Origin: a plasmid
Assembly (NCBI RefSeq): GCF_056746865.1
Contig: NZ_JBWKMP010000002.1
Reading direction: 5' to 3' (one strand)
DNA length: 64,000 nucleotides
Shown piece by piece: positions 28,986 to 38,795 of this stretch. The position numbers and the translations under genes are program-made. Every line of letters starts with the position of its first letter. Position 1 is the stretch's first letter. The notes below the pieces were generated by a model. The model ran no database searches and was not told the DNA's origin. It worked only from the letters and a program-made list of their open reading frames with translations.

Positions 28986-29468
28986 CTACTTCTTTGCATT
29001 ATAAGAACTTGATTGTACCGCTTCAGAGCTATCTTCAAGTTCCATATAAGTGACGATTTCAACACTATCCGGTACAGTAACGGCAAGCGTTGCATCAATA
29101 ATTAAATAGCCACGGTCACGGTAGATCTTCATTAATGTTCTGAAATATTCTTCGAATTGAGTTCTATCATTGTCAGCAGTACGGCCTCCGTGATGCTTGA
29201 AAAATTCCTTACGTAATTCAGGCATGTCAAGCACTGCAATCTTGTACGAAGGCTGTGATTGTTTATTGAAGTAATCGTAAACATTCATAAAGCCTTTATA
29301 ACCATAAATAATGACCAAAACGGCAAAGGCGAAGAAAAATAAATACTTCAATATTTTTTCAATATCAATTTCGAAGGTAATTTTTTTTGTTGTCCTTTCT
29401 CGCACCATTTTTTTAGTGATTTCAGGTCCAGCTGATTCAGTCGATTCTTTTTTTTCTAAACTATCCAT
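28986..29468 (-). CDS. Hypothetical single-pass membrane protein
   Basis: 160 aa with TM segment YLFFFAFAVLVIIYGY. It lies in the operon between traB and the dsbC-like gene. Confidence 0.5.
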   Translation of the reverse strand: MDSLEKKESTESAGPEITKKMVRERTTKKITFEIDIEKILKYLFFFAFAVLVIIYGYKGFMNVYDYFNKQSQPSYKIAVLDMPELRKEFFKHHGGRTADNDRTQFEEYFRTLMKIYRDRGYLIIDATLAVTVPDSVEIVTYMELEDSSEAVQSSSYNAKK

Positions 29469-29475
29469 TTAAACC

Positions 29476-30843
29476 TCAGCGACTGGTCAGATTCGTTGGA
29501 ATTGTAGTTCCGGTCTGAACGACAAATGTAATAGCTCGGCCAGGGCTAATTTCTACGATTGGCCACTGTTGTTCTGCAATTGCGGTGTAGTAATCGACGA
29601 GTCGATTAAGGCCACCTTGAGCTGCACCAGCCCCGGCTAATGCCCCAAGTGCACCAAAATTAGGGGACTGATACTGAGCCTGTGAATTAGGGTCGATGTT
29701 AAGTGAAGATACCTTACTGGGGCTTAAGCTACCGGCAAGTGAAGAAAGTCCACCGGCAAATGCAGCTCCTGCAATTGCGTTACCATTTCGGCTGATAAGC
29801 GTGCCTCGGATCCCATTTTTTCCGTCATTTTCACTTACAGCATATGCTTCCAGTTTTACGTCAAAAGCTTTCCCTTTTGAATTAACACAAGAGATAGAAG
29901 TGGCACGTATGTAAGCACGCTGTGACGCCAAATCACCAACAGCTGAACCCAGAAGGTTACAGTCACGCAAATCCATGGTGAAATTATTGGGCATGATGAC
30001 ATCTTTTTTAATACGCATTGTTACTGGCATTGGTTCTGATTTGGAAGAAAGGCTTGTAGGCGCTTCAAGCCCGGTAATCAGAACACCAGTGATAATAGAT
30101 GTTGCCGGAAGAAACATTTCATCTTTTCGGGCAGCATGCCGCGCTTTGCTATCAACTGGCGCAGTACCATCACCTCGTACAGTCCGAGTAGGCGCTTTAT
30201 CTCCTGCAATGACCTCTCTGCCTTCCTTGATTCTGTTTTCAGACACGGGCATAACCTGAATGACACCATCGGTACCATTAGTCTTAATGGAACTTTGTGT
30301 GATTGTTCTCATCGGGCTATTACGCGTAGGTGTGATAGACGCGTAATTAGGGTTTACGCCATTAATCGGCGCATTAGCATTAAGCTGATAAGGAGCTGCC
30401 GGTGCCTGCTCATTAATCGTTTTACGCGAACTACCAGCATCCAAGTTACGATTGCCGTTTCGATTAGTCTGCATATCATTAATTTGCTGAGACAGTTGCT
30501 GAAGTTGAGAAGTTAAACTTGCAACTTGGGCTTTAGTTTCCTGTTGGGCTTTTTCTGCTTTTTCGCGGTCCTCTTTCGCCGCATTTTGATCAAGTCGGTT
30601 TTGCTTAACCATTTCCTTATATACTTTCTGGCTTTCTTCATTACTCAATTTGTTCATTTGCGAATCATCTAACAACAAATTGGTCTGCATGTCTTTTTTC
30701 TGTGTTTTCTTTTCTTTCTTAACTGGTGTGGAAAAAATAGACTGGCTAATAATATAAACAATCACTACCAGCAGAGCGCCAATAACAGAAAGTCTGACGG
30801 TCTTATTTTCCCAGGCCTTTTTAATGTCCATGATTAGCTCCAC
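29476..30843 (-). CDS. trhB: TraB/VirB10-family T4SS inner-membrane-spanning core protein
   Basis: 455 aa with an N-terminal TM helix, a coiled-coil Q/K/E-rich region, then a conserved C-terminal beta domain. It lies after traK. The start could instead be ATG 30831. Confidence 0.8.
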   Translation of the reverse strand: MELIMDIKKAWENKTVRLSVIGALLVVIVYIISQSIFSTPVKKEKKTQKKDMQTNLLLDDSQMNKLSNEESQKVYKEMVKQNRLDQNAAKEDREKAEKAQQETKAQVASLTSQLQQLSQQINDMQTNRNGNRNLDAGSSRKTINEQAPAAPYQLNANAPINGVNPNYASITPTRNSPMRTITQSSIKTNGTDGVIQVMPVSENRIKEGREVIAGDKAPTRTVRGDGTAPVDSKARHAARKDEMFLPATSIITGVLITGLEAPTSLSSKSEPMPVTMRIKKDVIMPNNFTMDLRDCNLLGSAVGDLASQRAYIRATSISCVNSKGKAFDVKLEAYAVSENDGKNGIRGTLISRNGNAIAGAAFAGGLSSLAGSLSPSKVSSLNIDPNSQAQYQSPNFGALGALAGAGAAQGGLNRLVDYYTAIAEQQWPIVEISPGRAITFVVQTGTTIPTNLTSR

Positions 30844-31282
30844 TTGTAGGTTTCTGGAATCGTTTAATTTTTAGATTTCGTTCGCTGTCAGACATCTGAG
30901 GAACGATATAGGGATCACCTGCTCTGGCCCAGTTTTCACGAACAGATGGATGATTCATTTCAGCTTTATCTATCTGGCTCGTTCTAGATATTTCATGTTT
31001 GTAATTAGGTTCCAAAACGTTACTTTTGTGATAGTCAAAAGCATTCTCCTCATTAATATTGTCCTCTCCTACAAATTTATCAATAAGAGTTGGATCGTTC
31101 ATTATTACTGTCTGAACGGGAAAAGCGTTACTGCCATCTTCGATACTAATGGGTGCGTCCGGAACGATTAATACACTCCTTTTTGGTATATATTCTGACC
31201 TGTAGTAAAAGCTGGTTAAAGCAAATACGACAAAACCAATCACGGTGGCCCCAAGCAGAGCAGGCAAAGTAACTTTTCCCAT
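30821..31282 (-). CDS. Hypothetical membrane-anchored protein
   Basis: 153 aa with N-terminal TM segment LPALLGATVIGFVVFALTSFYY. Its start codon overlaps a copy of the AAAGTAACTTT palindrome. Confidence 0.5.
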   Translation of the reverse strand: MGKVTLPALLGATVIGFVVFALTSFYYRSEYIPKRSVLIVPDAPISIEDGSNAFPVQTVIMNDPTLIDKFVGEDNINEENAFDYHKSNVLEPNYKHEISRTSQIDKAEMNHPSVRENWARAGDPYIVPQMSDSERNLKIKRFQKPTSGANHGH

Positions 31283-31283
31283 A

Positions 31284-31769
31284 TTATTTTCTGATTAGAC
31301 TTGGTCTGGTTGTAACCCGGGCCTCGCGTTCCTTGAACAATTTATCCCGGACTATGTAAAGCTCTGTTTCTTCTCCCGGTTGCAGGTATGCTTTATCAAA
31401 TAAAGCACTTGCAATAACGCCTTCTGCCATACACTGCTGATCAGCAACGATTTGACCGTATGGTTTATCGTTTTTCACAAGAATTACATCAATAAGTTCA
31501 CGTGAGCCAACCAGTCTCTGACCGAGCTTTGCATACATATTAAAGTTACATGGGGACTGCTCTGACGCAGGAATACGAGAAAGTCGGTCCTGTTGTAAAC
31601 TGAATCCTGAAGGGACCTCACCAAGAGCCACAGGAGTCAATAAATCAATGATTCTTTGTTTATGATCGTCTTGTTTTGGATCCGATGGAGCCAGTTCTTC
31701 TGACTGGGAGCGGGCCAACATTTCCTCATAGTTTTGCTTATCCAATGAGGTTTCACGTTTGGCTTGCAT
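31284..31769 (-). CDS. Hypothetical protein
   Basis: 161 aa between traK and traB in the same operon. No motif recognised. Confidence 0.45.
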   Translation of the reverse strand: MQAKRETSLDKQNYEEMLARSQSEELAPSDPKQDDHKQRIIDLLTPVALGEVPSGFSLQQDRLSRIPASEQSPCNFNMYAKLGQRLVGSRELIDVILVKNDKPYGQIVADQQCMAEGVIASALFDKAYLQPGEETELYIVRDKLFKEREARVTTRPSLIRK

Positions 31770-32559
31770 AGATGGGCTTAAAGATGTCAGTAACTGAAAT
31801 CATCGCACCGGGAACATCAAGCGGTACCAGGGTCAGGTTATAGGTCGATTCAGGTACCTGATCTTCCGACAACATAATCCCGATTGGTTTATCGGTATTA
31901 GTTGAAATAAAGACATCGCCACCATTAACAAATATGCTTGCCTCTTCAGCAGGGGTAGAAGTGCTGACAGAAGCATTCTTGAAGCTGGTCGATATTCTGT
32001 TTTGAAGTCCTCGTGAAACTGGCAGTACCACATTCCCACCAGGCGGCACATTTACACGCTGAACTTCTTTATATCGGTTACGAGCTTCGACATAAAGTTC
32101 ATCGGCTTTTGACGTGGCGGTCGCATTGGTTGCATTCTGCTGGGAAGAGGTACCTGTTGGTCTCCCATAGCTATCAATTGCACCAGAGCGGGTCTGTGCG
32201 TCAAATCCGGGGAGACTAGGATTATTTGATAATGCTCCAGTAATAGCGCTTACCGCAGGCGAAGCATTGCTGGCTGGGGAAAGTTGCACGGTAGGGAGAT
32301 CAGTTGTAGGTTTTTGTCCCTGCGCATTACCGGCTTCACTAAGGTTTGTTTGTGCACCTGACTGTTCAGAACCAGCTTGACCCGGAATAATGGCTTTTGC
32401 AGCTCCATTCTGAAATCCGTCAGCACCAACTGGCATTACAACCGGGTTATTAATTGTTGCTGGCAATTGGTATTCTTCAGCGATTACGCAGTTCGAAGTC
32501 GTGAGCATGATCAATGCGGTAATTGCGTTGAACCCTAAGCCCTTTTTTTTAATCATCAC
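31753..32559 (-). CDS. trhK: TraK/VirB9-like periplasmic T4SS core protein
   Basis: 268 aa with a signal peptide. The order traL-traE-traK-traB is conserved, and there is an ATGA overlap with traE. Confidence 0.7.
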   Translation of the reverse strand: MMIKKKGLGFNAITALIMLTTSNCVIAEEYQLPATINNPVVMPVGADGFQNGAAKAIIPGQAGSEQSGAQTNLSEAGNAQGQKPTTDLPTVQLSPASNASPAVSAITGALSNNPSLPGFDAQTRSGAIDSYGRPTGTSSQQNATNATATSKADELYVEARNRYKEVQRVNVPPGGNVVLPVSRGLQNRISTSFKNASVSTSTPAEEASIFVNGGDVFISTNTDKPIGIMLSEDQVPESTYNLTLVPLDVPGAMISVTDIFKPIYASQT

Positions 32560-33344
32560 TTGTTACCTGTAGACGGTGGCGGATTATCCAGCGTTGCCAG
32601 TTGCTCTTTGCCGTTTATCGTAATTTTTTTAATATTCGGTGTTCCGGAATATTGATTTACATATGCAATTCTTGGGCGACCATTTTTCATCCCGAGAACC
32701 CATTCATAAGTCCATTTCGATGATTCAGTTTTGTCCGGAACATTTACAAGTCGAGTCGTTTTGGTACCCCAGACATAGACCATGTCATTTTTTGGATCAA
32801 AGTAAATATCATTAGGCTTAAAGGTCTGCTCAACACCACGAGCCTGCATGATATTTATCTGCTCCTGTAAAGACTCACTCGTTTTAGCCTGTAGTTCAGG
32901 TGAAAGGGCATCGAGGACATAGGCCGTCACAAAGGAAATATTAGTTGGATTAATATTCCCTAAAAGGGTACTAAAAAAGAGAGCCCATTGTGTTTTATAA
33001 GATTCCGATGCTTTGTTACCAACAACCGTGATCTCTTCATTCATGTTTGGAGGGGTAACAATCGTCACTGGGTCAGTGAAAAAAAGAATCTTTGCAACCA
33101 ATAACCCAATGACGGCTATTGAAACAGTATTAATGCGGATAAGTTTTGTATCACGATTAATCAGGGCGCTGTATGTAATTCCAGCACCTGACGCTTCAGC
33201 TTGTGGGCTAAATCGTTTTTTAATGTCCAAAAAACGTCCCTTAGCACTTTCATCTTTCTTTACGTATGACTGTTCAAGATCACCGTTTTCATCCTTTTTA
33301 GATTTTTTGAAAAAAGGGATGTTAATGCCACTTAGCATTTTCAT
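32556..33344 (-). CDS. trhE: TraE/VirB8-like bitopic inner-membrane T4SS protein
   Basis: 262 aa with a single TM helix (IAVIGLLVAKILFF) after a basic N-terminus. It lies after traL. Confidence 0.75.
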   Translation of the reverse strand: MKMLSGINIPFFKKSKKDENGDLEQSYVKKDESAKGRFLDIKKRFSPQAEASGAGITYSALINRDTKLIRINTVSIAVIGLLVAKILFFTDPVTIVTPPNMNEEITVVGNKASESYKTQWALFFSTLLGNINPTNISFVTAYVLDALSPELQAKTSESLQEQINIMQARGVEQTFKPNDIYFDPKNDMVYVWGTKTTRLVNVPDKTESSKWTYEWVLGMKNGRPRIAYVNQYSGTPNIKKITINGKEQLATLDNPPPSTGNK

Positions 33345-33355
33345 TCATAGCTCCA

Positions 33356-33673
33356 TCAAGAATACAAATCTCTGATAAATGGATCGTTGAAATAACGGCT
33401 ACTAAAAACTGCTTTACCTGGCAAAAAACCGAGCCACCAGAGTCTGTGTTTTAGCAATCCTCTTATTCCTGACTCAGCTGCTTTGTTATACGCAATCCAA
33501 TATACAACCGCTACTACAACAGAAAACCCGAAGCATTCGAAGATATTCCCAAATGCAACCAGAATGAATGCAAGCCCTATTTTTTTTGCATCCCAAAACA
33601 AAATCAGTAGAGGCATGTTGATCCTGAAAGGGAATCTATAGGTATGCTGAGGAACGTCGTTCTGCTTACTCAT
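33356..33673 (-). CDS. trhL: TraL/VirB3-like small membrane T4SS protein
   Basis: ~105 aa from ATG 33673 (MSKQNDVPQH...) with two hydrophobic segments. The longer track start at 33706 would read through the intercistronic hairpin. Confidence 0.7.
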   Translation of the reverse strand: MSKQNDVPQHTYRFPFRINMPLLILFWDAKKIGLAFILVAFGNIFECFGFSVVVAVVYWIAYNKAAESGIRGLLKHRLWWLGFLPGKAVFSSRYFNDPFIRDLYS

Positions 33674-33674
33674 T

Positions 33675-33704
33675 AAAAATCCAGAGAGGGGGATGAACCC
33701 CCTC
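33675..33704 (-). terminator. Intercistronic stem-loop after the pilin gene (partial terminator or mRNA stabiliser)
   Basis: Perfect 7-bp stem GAGGGGG / CCCCCTC (33686-33692 and 33698-33704). On the minus strand it is followed 6 nt later by T5. It lies between the trhA stop and the trhL start. Confidence 0.5.
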
Positions 33705-33723
33705 ATGCATGATTAACAATAAA

Positions 33724-34077
33724 TTACAGCGGTACGCCAGCATCCATAAAGGTGCTGATAATTTTCTCGCCGTTGGCCATTACCAGCATCATGAATAATG
33801 AAACCAGTGCCAGGCCCGGGTTAGACTTAAGGACAGAGAAATATACGCTTGAGATCAACATCGCGGCTGCCAGAATTTTGCCCGGAGCTCCAGTCATACT
33901 TTCACTCATGTATGACCAAATATCTCCCAGTGCCCCATCATCTGAACCCGCATATGCCAGACCGCAAAAAAGCACGGTCAGCAGAACAAACAAAATCACT
34001 TTTGCGCTTTTTGTTTTAAAAAGTGCAGCCGTGTTAGATTTCTTTTCACTAAGGCCAATATTTAAAGAAAGTTCCAT
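33724..34077 (-). CDS. trhA: Conjugative prepilin (IncH TrhA; RP4 TrbC-like type processed by a TraF-like peptidase)
   Basis: 117 aa from ATG 34077, with GGAG 6 nt upstream. It has a long leader and then two hydrophobic helices. It is the first gene of the traL-E-K-B-V-C operon. Confidence 0.75.
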   Translation of the reverse strand: MELSLNIGLSEKKSNTAALFKTKSAKVILFVLLTVLFCGLAYAGSDDGALGDIWSYMSESMTGAPGKILAAAMLISSVYFSVLKSNPGLALVSLFMMLVMANGEKIISTFMDAGVPL

Positions 34078-34318
34078 AATTACTCCGTGTAGATTTGAGT
34101 TCACGTAAACGCGAATGAATAATACTTTTTTATTCCGATCCTTCCGTTCGCATAAACCCCCTTTTTTTAACGTTTAGCGATTGGTGAATTTTTAAGCAAA
34201 GGGGCCTAAAGCATAATCTTTGAAAAGTACCAGTGAACGCTTAGTAAAAGTTTGAAAGAGGGGAGGGGGTAAGATTACGTTAAGCTCAATCCTGAAGCTG
34301 ATGAGACTCCTCAAGCAT

Positions 34319-34331
34319 AAAAGTCACTTTT
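34319..34331. promoter_or_regulatory. Dispersed palindrome AAAAGTCACTTTT upstream of the pilin operon
   Basis: Perfect 6+1+6 palindrome ~240 bp upstream of the trhA ATG. On the gene strand the context reads ATCAAAAGTGACTTTTAT. Confidence 0.45.
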
Positions 34332-34503
34332 GATGGTTTGAAAAGCTCTAACTAGATATCGGGCAGGTAACTAAGCTTCATATCTAATCTTTTTTGTTCC
34401 CTTAATATCTATCTCTTGATTCTGAGAAGGCCGCATATCACTGTGCTCCCTGGTTCGGCAACTATCAGTTGGAGAAACTACATACAATCCTCGGCCGGTG
34501 CGT

Positions 34504-35090
34504 CATTCATCTAAATGCCTTTTACACCTCTGGGCGTGAGTGGGACTTTGTCTTGTCCATATGAACATCATTCATTCGAATGCTTTTGGCCAATGCTATT
34601 TAAGCAAATGCTTTCTGGCTGAGTCCTTTTGCGAATGAGTCTTTGATATAACTGCATGAATTTTGGGTTGTTTGGTGTACTAACAAAACAAAGGCATTTC
34701 TTTGAATGCCATTGGAGTTGTGATGCTTCTGATATTTTTTTGATCTCATATCAAACACATAGTCCTTCTGATGCCCAATGTCATAGATGTCTTGGACCAT
34801 TCTCGCTCTTAACAAAGCTGTACTGTGTGTCATTCGACCTAATGCCATTCACCAAAATGCCTTTTTATACCACTGCATAGCTATGCTCGGGATACAGTGG
34901 CAAACAAAAGCATTTCAATGAATGATTTTTTGGGATACCGACATCAAAAGCATTTGTATGAATGTAAGAGGCGTAATCCACAAAAGGCATTCACGTGAAT
35001 AGAGTGCGCACGAAACCATCTTGCTCCACGGCATTTAATGAATGGGCTAGCATGTACGCTTGAGCCAGAAAGGCATACAGATGAATAGTC
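34504..35090. repeat. Iteron field downstream of the first rep gene (~11 copies, both orientations)
   Basis: Consensus AAAAGGCATTTnnATGAATG or its complement CATTCATnnAAATGCCTTTT. Copies lie at ~34504, 34569, 34691, 34840, 34906, 34946, 34982, 35028 and 35068, among others. Confidence 0.75.
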
Positions 35091-35225
35091 AGGAGTTCGT
35101 TTGAAAAGTTACTTTTTTGCACATTAAGCCGAGATGTAAGACCAGTAGTAAAAGAAGCACTAAGCATAGCACTGATAAATAACTTATTTTTCAGCATGTT
35201 ATAACCAGTGCATACCTGGTAGCTT

Positions 35226-36101
35226 TCAACCTTGTTTGGCGAGGGCCAGCTTAGGGCTTCTTTTGAAGATCTGAAATTGTATGTCGCGACCTTTCTTAAC
35301 TTCTTGATAATCGAGATATCCGATAGATTCAAGTTCCCGCATTGCTTTACGAATTATCTGGTTTTGCGTACGAATAGGGGTTGTAAGAAGCAACCTTTCC
35401 CTCAACCGTTTCATATTAACGAACAACGTACCAGCTGGCATTGCTTCAAAATAAATATAGAGAGATTGCGCAGCTTCTTTTTTAGCCAAAATGTATAGAA
35501 CCTGAAGGCTTAACAATGTCTTATGGTCGTAACGATACAGTTCCCACATAGAAGGATCCCCAACCAACTCAACAGTATCGCTTTTTGGATCAATCATAGC
35601 CTTCTGCACCAGATGCGTTACTGTGAACCGACCACTCCGAGAGTCTGAGAAGGCAAGCACTACCGATGCAAGGTTCATTAATGACTCTTTAAAGCGCGCA
35701 CGAGTTCGTTTGTTGATGTTTGTTGAACTGATACCACACATCTTCGCAAACTCGTTAAAAGTCAGGGTAATCTTCTCGGAAGTAAAACCATATTTACTGA
35801 AAGCCATGATGATCCCGAGCCAGCACTTAAAGTCGGTAGACATAGATAGTTTGACACCAGTTATCTTGATGTCGTCATAACCCTCCGATCTTGCAATTTC
35901 CATACACGAAAGCTCATCAGAGGCATCAACTTCAAAGTTTCGGTCGCGGTTTTCTTTTGTGCCGACAGGGGTAAATACACTCAATCTCAACAGGGCCACG
36001 GGCTGAACCGACTTGGACGAGTTAGGCGTCAGTTGATAAGTCTTACCTGATTCATTACTGGTTACGTCAAAAGGATGGATTAACTCGTTGTTTTTAATCA
36101 T
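35226..36101 (-). CDS. repA: Iteron-binding replication initiator (RepA of a RepHI-type replicon)
   Basis: 291 aa flanked on both sides by iterons and next to a GATC/AT-rich region. It is clearly paralogous to the second Rep at 49297..50383 (LRLSVFTP / MRLGLFVP and WELYRYDHK / FELYQYDHK). Confidence 0.8.
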   Translation of the reverse strand: MIKNNELIHPFDVTSNESGKTYQLTPNSSKSVQPVALLRLSVFTPVGTKENRDRNFEVDASDELSCMEIARSEGYDDIKITGVKLSMSTDFKCWLGIIMAFSKYGFTSEKITLTFNEFAKMCGISSTNINKRTRARFKESLMNLASVVLAFSDSRSGRFTVTHLVQKAMIDPKSDTVELVGDPSMWELYRYDHKTLLSLQVLYILAKKEAAQSLYIYFEAMPAGTLFVNMKRLRERLLLTTPIRTQNQIIRKAMRELESIGYLDYQEVKKGRDIQFQIFKRSPKLALAKQG

Positions 36102-36154
36102 TAACTTAACTCGTCGGTGATAAGATTTTCATTTGGCAAACTGTTTATAACATA

Positions 36155-36262
36155 TTCTTGCAAATGCTTTTTACGCATTAACCTAAATGCCATAAGCATT
36201 CCAGTAAATGCCTTCCTTATTCATTCAAATGCTTTTCGCATGCATCCGAATGCCGGATCCTT
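36155..36262. repeat. Five direct iterons upstream of repA (origin core)
   Basis: (C/T)AAATGC(C/T)TTT cores at ~36161, 36186, 36207, 36228 and 36249 with ~21-22 bp spacing (two helical turns). Confidence 0.75.
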
Positions 36263-36296
36263 TCATAAAGTCACTATAATCAATGAGTTAAAGATG

Positions 36297-36360
36297 CCGT
36301 GATCTTTACTTGAACTCTATTGATCTTTAGTGATCTAAAGAATTGATCTATCCTGTTGAA
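36297..36360. promoter_or_regulatory. Putative DNA-unwinding element: GATC-initiated 13-mer-like repeats
   Basis: GATCTTTACTTGA, GATCTTTAGTGAT, GATCTAAAGAATT and GATCTATCCTGTT begin at 36301, 36322, 36332 and 36345. They resemble the oriC GATCTnTTnTTTT 13-mers and lie adjacent to the iterons. Confidence 0.6.
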
Positions 36361-36577
36361 AACAATGATAAGTCCATATAAAACAAGGAATAGCGCTCCT
36401 TTAACAATATCTACAGATCGCAAACGGAAATGAACGAGGGTCTACTATCATTGTTTTATTCAAGACAGTTTTTATTTTAATTTTATTAAGCAAATTTTTT
36501 GAGTTTACCTTTTAGATGTATCAGCCCTATTTGGCAAATTTGAGGTTCATGTATCATGTAGTAAACAGGAGGAAGAT

Positions 36578-37633
36578 ATGAACAACAGCAAACATACAGT
36601 CATTGAAGTGGATACTAATCTAGTTGAAATTGAAAAGGGATTTAATCCCCGAGAGGCGGTAATCGGAGATTTGTGTTACGAACAAGAACCTGTCAAGTCG
36701 ATGATTGTGTCAATCAAACAAGCCTTTAAGGAAGGAAGGCAGGTTGATATGATCAAGGTCGTAAAAAGAAAAGGTAAATATTTAGTTCGTCAAGGTCATA
36801 CTCGTTTTCATGGCTTAAAATTAGCAATTTCTGAAGGTGCTAATATTCCAAAATTATCTGTTATCCTAATCGATTATAAAAACGAAATTGAAGAATACCT
36901 TGAGAACCTCGATGGTAACAGAAGCAATGGGCTAAATCCGGTTGGGCAAGCTCATGCATTAGCTCATGCTGTTAGTCTCGGGTATTCGGTTGAAGAACTA
37001 GCAATGCGATATCAACGATCAACTACCGCAATTCGTAATATGCTAAAAATCCTTGATATGCCATTAGAGCTTCAACGTTTGATTAGCCTAAATCTAATCA
37101 AAAAAACGCTCGCCATTGAAATAATGTTAAAATATTCCAACGATCACAAAATGGTTTTAAAACATATAGAAGGTTTCTTACCTGGCGTTAAGAATATTGA
37201 GACTACAACGAGCAAAATTGTAGGCATACCTGAACACAATGCAGCTGGAGCAGGACCAGACACCTTAAATAAAGGCGGACCAGAAAAGAAAAATTCGGCA
37301 GTCACTCGTAAGACTTTGGGTATTAAGCGCCTCTCGCATAAGAAAACAGAACGGCTAAAATCTGAATTTCTTGAGCTTGTGGAAAGTACACATACGGAAT
37401 CTATAACGAATACTCAAACAGAACTAAAATTTGGTAGAGATAGTGCACACTTGTTCAAAAATGTTAATAGTAATAATGTAATATTTTCCAATGATGGTGT
37501 TCAAATAATCTTGAATGATGAAAAGCTAAATATTTTATTGTCTTTACTTAACGACGAAAATACAGCAATCATTGTTTCTAAACCAAAATTAGAAGAGCTT
37601 CTGGAAATTCGAGATCTCCTTAAGGAATATTAA
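36578..37633 (+). CDS. ParB/KorB-like N-terminal-domain DNA-binding protein (not part of a parAB pair)
   Basis: 351 aa with AGGAGG upstream. It has the ParB-N-like signature GFNPRE ... KYLVRQGHTRFHGLKLA and is paralogous to 40844..42007. Confidence 0.6.
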   Translation: MNNSKHTVIEVDTNLVEIEKGFNPREAVIGDLCYEQEPVKSMIVSIKQAFKEGRQVDMIKVVKRKGKYLVRQGHTRFHGLKLAISEGANIPKLSVILIDYKNEIEEYLENLDGNRSNGLNPVGQAHALAHAVSLGYSVEELAMRYQRSTTAIRNMLKILDMPLELQRLISLNLIKKTLAIEIMLKYSNDHKMVLKHIEGFLPGVKNIETTTSKIVGIPEHNAAGAGPDTLNKGGPEKKNSAVTRKTLGIKRLSHKKTERLKSEFLELVESTHTESITNTQTELKFGRDSAHLFKNVNSNNVIFSNDGVQIILNDEKLNILLSLLNDENTAIIVSKPKLEELLEIRDLLKEY

Positions 37634-37650
37634 AAACGAGGATTAGTTGA

Positions 37651-37851
37651 GTGATTAAACCTATAAAGCTGACTCTTATCGATAATTATAGTGATTTGCT
37701 TCTAACTCATGAAGTCCTTAAACGCAACATGGAAGAGTTAGAACACGGTAAACGTTTTGATCAATTTCCTGAAGGGCATGACCACTATGAAAAAACTGTG
37801 AAAGAAGCTGTAGCAATCGTAGAGGCACGTTTGGAGGTGTTTCGAAAATGA
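37651..37851 (+). CDS. Small hypothetical protein
   Basis: 66 aa with a GTG start and GAGGA upstream. ATGA overlap with the next gene. Confidence 0.4.
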   Translation: MIKPIKLTLIDNYSDLLLTHEVLKRNMEELEHGKRFDQFPEGHDHYEKTVKEAVAIVEARLEVFRK

Positions 37852-38564
37852 AATCTCTTTTCTTTACTCTTGATGGTCATATGGTACCAGCCTCAGTGAA
37901 TGTATCACTTAACGGAGATGGAAATTATTATGCACCTATCGAAAGAGAATGTAACGAATGTGCGGGCACAGGCCACAAAGGGGCTGATTTATGTGAAAAG
38001 TGTCATGGGGTACAAACAGTTGGACCCATTATTGAAAAATTAGTGGCACTAGAGCCAATTACCTTTCTCGATAACATTCCGGAACTGCGTGTTAACCCAA
38101 CACTCGAAGCATGGAAATCCAGAAACCACGTCCTTATTGAGAAAGCAAAAAAGGCTAACACTAAGTTTTCTAATAGTATATTGGCGCAATTAGACAATAA
38201 CCGTTTCTTGACAGAACGCCAGCTGGATTGTTTCTTTACAACTTTTGATGTGATGTTGTCTGAAACTCCGGAAAATGAACAAGAAATTTTAAAACATAGC
38301 TACAATATCGGCCAGGTCATAAGCATTGAACTAACATTTACTGAAGTCAGGGCCGCGTACGCAAAAAGTAAAGGGAGTTATTTTTTTACATTTACTGGTA
38401 AAGTTAGAAATGACGGGATCGCTTTAACGGCCGATAAACAGGATCACATTTTATTGGGTGAACGTTATCATTTGACTGGAAAAGTCAGAAAATTCTATGA
38501 ATTTGATTCGAAAAATTATGCTGCAATAACAGTTTTTAAGTTAAATAAACTCCAAGACAGTTAA
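37848..38564 (+). CDS. DnaJ-type zinc-finger (CxxCxGxG) protein, function unknown
   Basis: 238 aa containing CNECAGTGHKGADLCEKCHGV. It is paralogous to 61247..61717 in the zinc finger and a downstream SIL-QL...L(T/S)(E/D)(R/K)QL segment. Confidence 0.55.
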   Translation: MKSLFFTLDGHMVPASVNVSLNGDGNYYAPIERECNECAGTGHKGADLCEKCHGVQTVGPIIEKLVALEPITFLDNIPELRVNPTLEAWKSRNHVLIEKAKKANTKFSNSILAQLDNNRFLTERQLDCFFTTFDVMLSETPENEQEILKHSYNIGQVISIELTFTEVRAAYAKSKGSYFFTFTGKVRNDGIALTADKQDHILLGERYHLTGKVRKFYEFDSKNYAAITVFKLNKLQDS

Positions 38565-38795
38565 ATGTTTTTGCTGCTTAAATATAGAGCCAAGACTTTA
38601 ACTGTCGTTAGGACTCACTCACGTAATATTGTTGCTTACGCAATGGGTTTTATCCCTCATAAAGATCTGCGAGTATAAATCTTTTACATTTAAATTCCCC
38701 TCTATCAGAACCTTTTCTATTGTAAAAAAATGATAATCTTATTAATTATAATTTTAATTTTTTGTATACCAATACCATACAGTTAAGGCTAAAAG

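Noticed and set aside
34600-35332. ORFs 34600..34848, 34656..34880 and 34991..35332 next to the first rep gene.
   Set aside because: They are composed of the AAAGGCATTT/ATGAATG iterons and overlap each other on both strands. The last one also overlaps the rep 3' end.
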